64,000 nt of DNA, from the UHGV virus genome UHGV-1380027; one strand, given 5' to 3'. Source of the DNA: a virus. This document shows, piece by piece, positions 50,074 through 57,567 of this stretch; the stretch's first letter is position 1, and every line of letters starts with the position of its first letter. A model generated the notes under the pieces. That model had not been told where the DNA came from. It searched no databases and worked only from the letters and a program-made list of their open reading frames with translations. The position numbers were made by a program, and so were the translations under genes.

Positions 50074-50148
50074 TGGCACCCCGTACTGGACTCGAACCAG
50101 TGTCAACGGCTTAGAAGGCCGCTGCTTTATCCACTAAGCTAACAGGGC
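50074..50148 (-). tRNA. tRNA-Arg (anticodon TCT)
   Basis: Acceptor GCCCTGT/ACGGGGT (two G-U), D stem GCTT/AAGC, anticodon arm GCGGC-CTTCTAA-GCCGT, T arm ACTGG-TTCGAGT-CCAGT, encoded CCA. Confidence 0.65.
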
Positions 50149-50206
50149 ACTGGGTGGCTTTCTTTTACACCTGAGCCGCCAGAAAAGGTGGGAGACCATG
50201 TTTATA

Positions 50207-50235
50207 ATATTACACTGTTAGGCAAAGTTTGTCAA
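50207..50235 (-). promoter_or_regulatory. sigma70-like promoter for the tRNA cluster
   Basis: On the minus strand TTGACA, 17-bp spacer, TAATAT; lies about 50 nt upstream of the first tRNA 5' end. Confidence 0.5.
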
Positions 50236-50244
50236 GAAAATATT

Positions 50245-50583
50245 TTAACTATTGCCAACAGGCTGTATTTCTGTGGTAAATGGCATAAAAGGTGCTGGTT
50301 TTTCAGCCTCTTCCACTACCACCTCTTCCTCTTCACCAAACATCTCATCATATTCTTCCTGCATTCGGTCTGCCTTATCAAGAACATACTCTGCAATGCT
50401 TTGACGAATATTTTGTTTGGTTTTCGGGTCCAACATCAGCTCTCTTAAAACTTTGTGAGCTTCTGGAACCATCGCTATAAAAGATTCCTTCATATCAAGA
50501 ATGTTCTTCTCTAGCTGAATGGCGTTGGACTCCTCTTTCAGAGGTCTGCCTCTACGGCGACGCTTTTTAGTTGTATCCGCCAT
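50245..50583 (-). CDS. small protein with basic N-terminus and acidic C-terminus
   Basis: Start trimmed to an internal ATG (50581-50583) preceded by RBS GGAGGAAAC; N-terminus KKRRRRGRPLKEE, C-terminus EEEEVVVEEAE; the listed longer ORF runs into a non-coding GC-rich island. Confidence 0.4.
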   Translation of the reverse strand: MADTTKKRRRRGRPLKEESNAIQLEKNILDMKESFIAMVPEAHKVLRELMLDPKTKQNIRQSIAEYVLDKADRMQEEYDEMFGEEEEVVVEEAEKPAPFMPFTTEIQPVGNS

Positions 50584-50928
50584 GTTTCCTCCATTATCAC
50601 GTGATAGGTGGATTTTATCACGGCAAATACTGATTGTCAAGTTCGCCGCAGGGTGGTATTCCCTGCGACTTGCCCAGCGTCCTGGACCAGCAAGACCCAA
50701 CAAGTGGGTTACCAGATACCCATTACCGCGCTCTGGCTCGACCTTATTACAGGTTGGCTGGGGTCACATCGTCATGTGCTGGCTGCCCCTACCATTTTAA
50801 GTGTGGTGCACTATCAAGCCCTCTAAGGGGAACTCAGCCTTCTCCGAACCCTGTTTCAAAGCATCCGGAGATAAAGCCATCAAACTCATCTTTAAATTGG
50901 ATATTCATCATGATACACGAAAACAACC

Positions 50929-51171
50929 TCATTGTAAAGCACAAATAAATAAAACATACTTAATTTGTTTGTTATCAGGCTCAGGGTAGAAGTAGAAGAT
51001 CTTGCTATCACCGATCTGAACACCACCATCCCAACAGCATAACCCATAACCAGTATTCATACAAGCTAAGTCGTTGGCAAAATCTATTGCATCATCTAGT
51101 GCACGAAATTCACCTTCATCTTCTAAATAATCCTCATTCATGGAACGGAAAACGAGCTTAACCTTAAACAT
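50929..51171 (-). CDS. hypothetical protein
   Basis: 80 aa, co-oriented ORF. Confidence 0.3.
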   Translation of the reverse strand: MFKVKLVFRSMNEDYLEDEGEFRALDDAIDFANDLACMNTGYGLCCWDGGVQIGDSKIFYFYPEPDNKQIKYVLFICALQ

Positions 51172-51247
51172 AGCATTACCTGTAGACCTCGTAAGTTAAA
51201 ATTGTATCACATCATATTGCAGATCTTATCAGGTAACATTATTTTTG

Positions 51248-51436
51248 TCAACAGATTCCGGCCTTATCCCTCCTGTCTGCGTATTCTTTAATCGCAACCT
51301 CACCTGCATTGGTAACCAGATCTTCAAAGTAATTCTCAAGCTCCTCGTCAATGTCCGGTGACCAGCTCTTTTTCCTGTCAGTGTGAATTGCAGACTTGTT
51401 GAACTTATTACAATTCTTTGCTACCGGATTGTTCAT
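51248..51436 (-). CDS. hypothetical protein
   Basis: 62 aa, co-oriented ORF. Confidence 0.25.
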   Translation of the reverse strand: MNNPVAKNCNKFNKSAIHTDRKKSWSPDIDEELENYFEDLVTNAGEVAIKEYADRRDKAGIC

Positions 51437-51446
51437 TAAGCTCTCC

Positions 51447-52025
51447 TCAACGTTCGTAGTAAATCTTATTCAACATTACCTCATCGTTTGCAGAAAGGAT
51501 ATCAAGATATGCATCACCAAATCTGCCTGCAACAACCTCTGCATGATACATCACTTCGTTAACATCGTCAAGAGTGATAACCGGATGACCATATCTTTCT
51601 GAATATTGTCTCAGTGTGCGATGTAACGAGTCGTCATCATATGCAGACTTTTTAATATCACAAACACGACGAATGGCCTTGATGTCGAAAAAACCTGTGC
51701 GATACCACCCAAGAAAAAAGTTCCGTGTAGTGTCAACATCTACACCAATACCATTAAGAACCTTATCTACAAGATAGCTGTCATCCTTTGGACTAGCGTC
51801 CTTAGTGCGAATGTAGTTGCCATCTTTTCCAGGTGATAGCTCCTTCTCATCACCAACCTGCATGCCATCATTTGGCGGTGTTAGCCACTTATCAGGATGC
51901 TTACGATCACGAGCGTTAGAATGATTACGCTGGAAACCTGGCTTCCACTTGAAAGTTTTCTCCATCTGTTCTTCATTCTGATAACGTTTTGCAATCTTTT
52001 CACTGGCATCTTTGCGTGAACTCAT
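51447..52025 (-). CDS. hypothetical protein
   Basis: 192 aa, charged; first gene downstream of the origin-like region. Confidence 0.35.
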   Translation of the reverse strand: MSSRKDASEKIAKRYQNEEQMEKTFKWKPGFQRNHSNARDRKHPDKWLTPPNDGMQVGDEKELSPGKDGNYIRTKDASPKDDSYLVDKVLNGIGVDVDTTRNFFLGWYRTGFFDIKAIRRVCDIKKSAYDDDSLHRTLRQYSERYGHPVITLDDVNEVMYHAEVVAGRFGDAYLDILSANDEVMLNKIYYER

Positions 52026-52529
52026 AGCAGACTCCTCTTCAAGTTATAGAAAAACTCACTGTATCGCTTTGTAACGAGCTTTTCTATCAAACTGGTGCGA
52101 TTGCCTTACTTGGTATAGTTTATATAGCTGTGGAGCGATTTAGGGGCCTTCTTGTCAGTTTCCACACATAAACTTTATCCGAACTCGCGCGGGAGGCTCT
52201 CAACCGACTCCTTCCGGCGCTGGCAAGCTTTCGTCGGTGGTCCACATTAGTGCTCGGCCTTTGGCCTGCGCTATCGCTTCGCTCCCACACATGTTAACAG
52301 TCCTGCATGTATGCACTTCTGTTATTGTGTGCACTATGGAGGCCCGGCATCTCGCCCCTCGTAGGCGAGTGCCAATGAAGGGCCGACACTACCCATAATA
52401 AGTAATAAATTTAAAACATGGTACTTAGGATCTAGTATATTCTACATAAGTTAAGTATATGTACTTTAGTACCATAAGTACTAGATCTTTTATTTTTTAT
52501 TATTTAGTTATTTTAGTTATATTCTTTAT

Positions 52530-52612
52530 GTGTCCGTATCACGGACAGTTAGTGTCCGTATTACGGGCAGATGTGTCCGCGTGACGGACAGTAGTGTCCG
52601 TATCACGGACAG
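52530..52612. repeat. four tandem 19-bp palindromic iteron/operator units
   Basis: GTGTCCGTATCACGGACAG at 52530 and 52594 (perfect 7-bp arms TGTCCGT/ACGGACA), one-mismatch variants at 52552 and 52573; 21-22 bp phasing. Confidence 0.8.
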
Positions 52613-52686
52613 TTACTAACTTCTGTTCCAGAGTGAACATAAAACATACAAATCCTTATAGTACAGATGTTTAAGTTTTTACTGGT

Positions 52687-53037
52687 CTAACCAGTTGTTG
52701 ACATTCGAATAACTTCTTCTGGTGGCAAAACTTTGGAAAATGTGCATCTTTTACCTCTCCCTTGTGTGGATATTTCAACCACTCCTGCACATTCTAAAGT
52801 TTTAACGCACGCTGCTGCTTTTGTTTTCTTTATCCCAACATCTGCTGCAATTTTCCTTGTGCTGGGTGTGAAGCGTGAATTTTCTCCAAGCTTATACCAG
52901 TTGTGCAGGTAGCAGTATACGATCTTGTCATATAAGTCAAGAACAACAACCTCCCCAGTTGTGTCATTCAAAACTTTTGACATAGACAGTATTTCAAGGG
53001 GGACTTTAAGATATAGCAGCTTATCCCCATCTTTCAT
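52687..53037 (-). CDS. small helix-turn-helix DNA-binding protein
   Basis: 116 aa; segment TRKIAADVGIKKTKAAACVKTLECAGVV resembles a helix-turn-helix; gene ends 75 bp from the palindrome array. Confidence 0.35.
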   Translation of the reverse strand: MKDGDKLLYLKVPLEILSMSKVLNDTTGEVVVLDLYDKIVYCYLHNWYKLGENSRFTPSTRKIAADVGIKKTKAAACVKTLECAGVVEISTQGRGKRCTFSKVLPPEEVIRMSTTG

Positions 53038-53084
53038 ATCTCCTGATTCTCCTTGTGTGGCAATTTTCTTTAAAATAGCAGGGA

Positions 53085-53639
53085 TTACTCCCCGCTGTCA
53101 ATAGCAAGACTCATTGCAATACGGTATGCCTCTTCTAATGGTAAGAGTCTCCCCCACACATCCCAACCGACATCAAACTGCCTGCCAAACAACTGCTGTG
53201 TGGTTCCGTGAGCATGACCGAACAGTTGGACTGATCCGTGAGGCTTTCTGTTCCACTTTGCAAACTGGTAATGGCTCATACAGATCAAATTCTTGTTGTG
53301 GCGAAGCTCGTAATAATCTACAACCTCATGACCGAACTCTTTCATAATTCTGACAGTCGTCCTTGTGTCATGGTTACCACGAACAAGAATAATATGTCCG
53401 TTCAACATATTTAGAACATCTGGAAGCAATTTGTTGATATTCTTATCATTAGTGCACGCAATATCCCCCAAGTGAAACACAGTGTCTGCAGGTGACACAA
53501 CAGAGTTCCACTTGGTGATGATTCCCGCATTCATACTGTCAAGATTGTGATCATACTGAGATCTGTGTTTTTGACATGAGTCGAACTCCATTACCCGCTG
53601 GTGGAGAAAGTGTGTGTCGCTTGTTACAAAGTATTTCAT
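53085..53639 (-). CDS. calcineurin-like metallophosphoesterase
   Basis: Motifs SDTHF (DxH), GDIACTNDKN (GDxxDxG-like), LVRGNHD (GNHD/E), GHAHG; start trimmed to internal ATG 53637-53639 that matches motif spacing. Confidence 0.6.
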   Translation of the reverse strand: MKYFVTSDTHFLHQRVMEFDSCQKHRSQYDHNLDSMNAGIITKWNSVVSPADTVFHLGDIACTNDKNINKLLPDVLNMLNGHIILVRGNHDTRTTVRIMKEFGHEVVDYYELRHNKNLICMSHYQFAKWNRKPHGSVQLFGHAHGTTQQLFGRQFDVGWDVWGRLLPLEEAYRIAMSLAIDSGE

Positions 53640-53646
53640 ACATTCC

Positions 53647-54057
53647 TCATTTAAGTTTAATGCAGTTTTTAAGCTGGCGTTCCATACGATCCACAACCCT
53701 GTCTGGAACATCCTGAATGCTTTTATTACCATGGCGGTTTTCAACCACGATCACGGTATAACTATATCCATGACTGATCGCCATGTCAATATATTCTTGC
53801 ACATGTTTTTCTTTTGTAAACGTATTACTTACCACGATACGGTCGTAGCCCATACGCATCATATCTTCTACGTTATCTTTGCACCATTTTGCTGCAAGTG
53901 TTACTTTACTTGCATCCCAGTTGTAATTGCCGTCATCGTCGTACCAGAACATATCGTTCTCAAAATGTGGATACAGACCTTCTAAAGATAGCGCATTTGC
54001 CAGTGTTGATTTGCCAGACCCTGGTAGACCACGCACGATATATAGCATTTTAGACAT
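53647..54057 (-). CDS. P-loop polynucleotide kinase-like protein
   Basis: Walker A GLPGSGKST at residues 11-18 from the trimmed start; ATG at 54055-54057 preceded by RBS GGAGGG and a sigma70-like promoter; listed longer ORF would overlap the divergent plus gene. Confidence 0.55.
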   Translation of the reverse strand: MSKMLYIVRGLPGSGKSTLANALSLEGLYPHFENDMFWYDDDGNYNWDASKVTLAAKWCKDNVEDMMRMGYDRIVVSNTFTKEKHVQEYIDMAISHGYSYTVIVVENRHGNKSIQDVPDRVVDRMERQLKNCIKLK

Positions 54058-54085
54058 AGTAACCCTCCGTTTTAATTTTAACGAT

Positions 54086-54114
54086 AGTATACCTAACTGT
54101 TTTGTTAATTTCAA
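54086..54114 (-). promoter_or_regulatory. sigma70-like promoter for the kinase/phosphoesterase operon
   Basis: On the minus strand TTGAAA, 17-bp spacer, TATACT, about 30 nt upstream of the kinase ATG. Confidence 0.5.
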
Positions 54115-54148
54115 GTGTTGACACCAGGTTATTTGTGTGGCAGGATAA

Positions 54149-55093
54149 ATGGACAAAATGACAAATGAGGAATGTATGATGAAGTATTTTAATGCAGACG
54201 ACCTGGTTGACAAAGGTCTTGTAACCAGTCGGTATTATCCAGATCTTGGATTAAAGATCTACAAATACGCCAGAAAAGTATTCTACAACAACTTATGGCA
54301 CTTATCTCCGCGTTTACTTGAGTGCCGAGGCATTGTTGTTGGTAATGAAGGGAATGTTGTGGCATGGCCCTTCACAAAAGTATTTAATTTGGGAGAAAAC
54401 TCCACCAACCTGCCTGACAATAAGCTTGTGACGGCGGTAGAGAAAAAGAACGGATTCCTTGGTGTGGTATCATCTCATAAAGGTGAGCTATTGTTCTCAA
54501 CAACCGGGTCTCTTGATTCTCCATACTGTAACCTCGCAAAGGAAACAATCCAGGAGCAATGTGGTAATTTAGATCTCATCAAAAAGGTTATGGGCCATGA
54601 AAACATGACATTCATGTTTGAAATTTGTCACCCTTCAGATCCGCATATTGTTCAGGAAGACCATGGCGCATATTTGATAGGTTGCAGATATAATGATTCT
54701 GGAATAATGCTACCAGAAGCAGCTTTAGATGGGATTGCCAAATACCTTGGTGCAAAACGTCCTCACACTGTGCGTGAAATTCCGTTCAGCTATGCAAAAG
54801 AATTAGCTGCAGAAACAAGAGGTGAAGGGTATATGATTCGTAAGCCTTACTACCCTTATGATCTGCAGCTGAAGATCAAGTCTCCATACTATTTGGCACG
54901 GAAGGCCGTAATGAGGGGTAAAGCTTGGAAGATTTGGGATGATGATATCTTTAAACGTATTGACGAAGAGTTTTACGGCATGGTAAACTTCATTCGTAAC
55001 AATTACACAGAAGATGTGTGGAACTGCCTCCTAGAGCAGGAACGCCGTGAGATACTTGACTGCTATTTCCACAACGAGGACTATATGCAATGA
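54149..55093 (+). CDS. RNA ligase-like nucleotidyltransferase
   Basis: 314 aa; candidate ligase motif I in VEKKNGFLGVV (KxNG); true start probably ATG at 54176 or 54179 after RBS GAGGA; divergent from the kinase/phosphoesterase genes. Confidence 0.4.
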   Translation: MDKMTNEECMMKYFNADDLVDKGLVTSRYYPDLGLKIYKYARKVFYNNLWHLSPRLLECRGIVVGNEGNVVAWPFTKVFNLGENSTNLPDNKLVTAVEKKNGFLGVVSSHKGELLFSTTGSLDSPYCNLAKETIQEQCGNLDLIKKVMGHENMTFMFEICHPSDPHIVQEDHGAYLIGCRYNDSGIMLPEAALDGIAKYLGAKRPHTVREIPFSYAKELAAETRGEGYMIRKPYYPYDLQLKIKSPYYLARKAVMRGKAWKIWDDDIFKRIDEEFYGMVNFIRNNYTEDVWNCLLEQERREILDCYFHNEDYMQ

Positions 55094-55440
55094 AGAAGTT
55101 GATCGTGTGGCTGGATGACTTGAGAGATCCGTCAAATTATGGGATCCCCGATGCTATTTGGCTAAAGAATTCCTCTGAGTTTATGGATTTTATTAACGAT
55201 AAGGGAAAGCTCTACAGGCGCGTTTCTGAGTGGCACATGGACAACGACCTTGGAGAGGTATTTGAAGGGTACGATTGCCTATCTATGCTGGAGGAAAAAT
55301 TTGTATTTGGTAAGCCTCCTGTAGTTGACAACGTGAAGATTTTCGTGCATACTTCTAACCCATCAGCGGCTCGTAAATTCATGCTTGCTGCTGACTCGTT
55401 TAAAAAGTTTGGAATAGAGATTAAACAAAACATCTACTGA
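55090..55440 (+). CDS. receiver-like (CheY-fold) small protein
   Basis: 116 aa; LIVWLDD beta-strand start, acidic cluster HMDNDLGE, HTSNP and RKF spaced like receiver-domain landmarks; inference only. Confidence 0.3.
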   Translation: MKKLIVWLDDLRDPSNYGIPDAIWLKNSSEFMDFINDKGKLYRRVSEWHMDNDLGEVFEGYDCLSMLEEKFVFGKPPVVDNVKIFVHTSNPSAARKFMLAADSFKKFGIEIKQNIY

Positions 55441-55448
55441 GGACACTT

Positions 55449-56210
55449 ATGCGACGACTGATCATTATCTCCGGTGCTGGTTTGAGCGCTGAATCTGGTA
55501 TCCCAACTTTCCGATCTGGTGGCACTGCAATGTGGGAGAATTTCAGCATCGATGAGGTGTGTAACATCCACACCTTTGCCAAGAACTACTATAAGGTTCA
55601 TGACTTTTACAATGCACGGCGTGTAGCTCTTGGCAGTGTTGATCCTAACCTTGCACATCTCCGGATCGCTGAGTGGTATTCCCGCTGGTCTGGTCGTGTG
55701 ATCAACCTGACCACCAATGTAGATGATTTGCTGGAGCGTGCTGGTGTAAAACATGAAGATATTTTACATGTCCACGGATATTTGCCAGAAATAGTCTACG
55801 AGGATGATGAAGGGAGTAACGTCATTAAAGACATTGGATACTCTGAGGTAGATGCAAGCAAGTATACTTGGGTTAAGCCTAATGTAGTGTTCTTCGGAGA
55901 AGTAGCTCCAAAGTATACAGACATGTATGACCTGTTGACTTCTCTGACGAGCAATGATATGGTTATCCTTGTAGGGTGCTCCAACACAGTTATCAATTTT
56001 AACTGGGAGCTATTCCCTGCCTGTAATAAGGGGACCAAACTGCTGATCGTTAACAAATACGACTCACAGCATTTAGGGGAGAATGGCATTTCACGTAGTG
56101 ACATTTACCAGTATGAGGATCGCGGCATCCCAGTTTGGTTTAACGGGGCTGTTGACGCTTTCTCTGATAAAACATTCATTGACATCGTAGAAAACTTTAT
56201 GGAACTGTAA
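55449..56210 (+). CDS. Sir2 (sirtuin)-family protein without zinc-ribbon cysteines
   Basis: GAGLSAESGIPTFR (sirtuin NAD-binding signature), TTNVDDLLERAG (TQNIDxL-like), HVHG (catalytic His-Gly); no CxxC pairs; RBS GAGGA. Confidence 0.75.
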   Translation: MRRLIIISGAGLSAESGIPTFRSGGTAMWENFSIDEVCNIHTFAKNYYKVHDFYNARRVALGSVDPNLAHLRIAEWYSRWSGRVINLTTNVDDLLERAGVKHEDILHVHGYLPEIVYEDDEGSNVIKDIGYSEVDASKYTWVKPNVVFFGEVAPKYTDMYDLLTSLTSNDMVILVGCSNTVINFNWELFPACNKGTKLLIVNKYDSQHLGENGISRSDIYQYEDRGIPVWFNGAVDAFSDKTFIDIVENFMEL

Positions 56211-56224
56211 GCGGAGGCCTTTTA

Positions 56225-56938
56225 ATGCTGAATACTAAACTGATTGACAACCTGGAAAAACTGTCTCAGCCTGAAAACTACCTTTGGTCTGCCAACTGGG
56301 TGGAAAATTGGAACCGTGTAGCAGCTAAAGTGAAAAAATCATACACACCATTCGAACTTCAGCTGAGTTTCATTGAGGAAGAGTTCAATGAAGTTTTGGA
56401 AGAGTTGGAGAAAGGTGATGGTGGGGATCATCTCCTAAAAGAGGCCTGCGATCTTCACGTTGTCACAAGTTATGCCGCTTATCTTGTTAACGATAACCAT
56501 GAAAAGTGGTCAAACTTGTTTGATAATCCGCGAGGTCTTAAGTTTAAGATCGGTGAATTTTATGATACGCTGATCGCTGCGAAAAATACCTCTAAGCAAA
56601 GAGCGTCTGCTTACCGCTTAGCAGAGTTGTCAACAGCTTTGCTGTTCCAGCTTCGCGGTGATGTGTGCGGGATGATGCGGAAGGTTCTAAAATCTAATGA
56701 CAGCAAGTTTGCACGCGTCAACCATCTGCGGTATTCACACGGTGCCAGTGCAGATATGCCTGCTGAACAACTTATCGAGTTGGAGATTAAAGATCTTGAG
56801 CGACGCTTTGATGGTCGCTATGAAGGTTTTGTTGCTAAAGAAGAATTCTACAACGGAAATAAAGTTATCATATTCCTCGACAGTAAAGGTAAGATTATGA
56901 AGCCTTCAAGCTTTAAGGATGTAACAGAATATATTTAA
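56225..56938 (+). CDS. MazG-like all-alpha NTP pyrophosphohydrolase
   Basis: 237 aa; acidic helix pair IEEEFNEVLEELEKGD ... LLKEACDLHVV resembles the MazG EExxE...D metal-binding motif. Confidence 0.35.
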   Translation: MLNTKLIDNLEKLSQPENYLWSANWVENWNRVAAKVKKSYTPFELQLSFIEEEFNEVLEELEKGDGGDHLLKEACDLHVVTSYAAYLVNDNHEKWSNLFDNPRGLKFKIGEFYDTLIAAKNTSKQRASAYRLAELSTALLFQLRGDVCGMMRKVLKSNDSKFARVNHLRYSHGASADMPAEQLIELEIKDLERRFDGRYEGFVAKEEFYNGNKVIIFLDSKGKIMKPSSFKDVTEYI

Positions 56939-56944
56939 TAACAT

Positions 56945-56973
56945 AGCCGGGGCGATCCCGGCTTTACTTGTTT
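56945..56973 (+). terminator. rho-independent terminator
   Basis: AGCCGGG-GCGAT-CCCGGCT hairpin followed by TTTACTTGTTT immediately after the MazG-like stop. Confidence 0.55.
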
Positions 56974-57002
56974 AGGAAAGTATGCAAGTGAGGTAGAAAG
57001 TT

Positions 57003-57311
57003 ATGTACAAGCACTCCAGAGATCTTGAAAACGATGATGTGTTTGGGGATCAGATGAAAGAATTGGTTAAACTTATAGGTAGGATAGAGGATAAGTTTGA
57101 CACTAAGATCTACATCGACAGCAAAGTATTCAACCACAAAATATGGACAAATCTGTGTGTTGGACTGCATGGAGATAAAGATGTGGTAAATTTGGTTGTA
57201 ATTAAGTTCATAGTGTGGCAGAATAAAACTATAAATTATTACGATCCACACCTACTTGTTTACCCGATAAAAGACCTATTAGAGAAGGAGGACTGCAATG
57301 CCGTTATTTAA
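57003..57311 (+). CDS. hypothetical protein
   Basis: 102 aa co-oriented ORF. Confidence 0.3.
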   Translation: MYKHSRDLENDDVFGDQMKELVKLIGRIEDKFDTKIYIDSKVFNHKIWTNLCVGLHGDKDVVNLVVIKFIVWQNKTINYYDPHLLVYPIKDLLEKEDCNAVI

Positions 57312-57567
57312 TCTTGCTAAACCTGTAGAAGCACACCAGTTTGACGGAAGCTCTTCATCAGTATCTGATCTGCAACGGTGGATTGATACAGGTGTGTTTA
57401 CACCGTCACCTGTTCGGACCAGAGATATTCTTCGCATGTGTGAGCTTGTCGAGCCGTTTGGTAACCTGGTCTTGTACCAAGGGGATTGGTTAGTTGACTT
57501 TATGGGAGACTGGTTGGTAATGAGCAAAGAAGAGATGTTTAAAATTTTTAAGGAAGAGGCTGAGTAA
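57298..57567 (+). CDS. hypothetical protein
   Basis: 89 aa; RBS AGGAGGA upstream; stop overlaps the ligase start. Confidence 0.3.
   Translation: MPLFNLAKPVEAHQFDGSSSSVSDLQRWIDTGVFTPSPVRTRDILRMCELVEPFGNLVLYQGDWLVDFMGDWLVMSKEEMFKIFKEEAE

Noticed and set aside
50519-50989. Plus-strand ORFs 50519-50800, 50608-50826, 50634-50948 and 50801-50989 in the GC-rich island
   Set aside because: Mutually overlapping frames with Arg/Pro/Ser-rich low-complexity translations typical of GC-rich non-coding DNA; none has a good RBS; the region is better read as non-coding or RNA
52530-52612. Possible CRISPR array, given four regularly spaced repeats
   Set aside because: The units are palindromic 19-mers spaced only 2-3 bp apart with no unique spacers and only four copies; this fits protein-binding iterons or operators, not CRISPR repeats
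55212-56104. Minus-strand ORFs within the Sir2 and receiver-like genes (55212-55433, 55434-55754, 55796-56104)
   Set aside because: Antisense to genes with strong motif support and proper RBSs; no independent evidence
56964-57251. Minus-strand 95-aa ORF antisense to the 57003-57311 gene
   Set aside because: Opposite to the local transcription direction; AT-rich low-complexity translation; likely spurious
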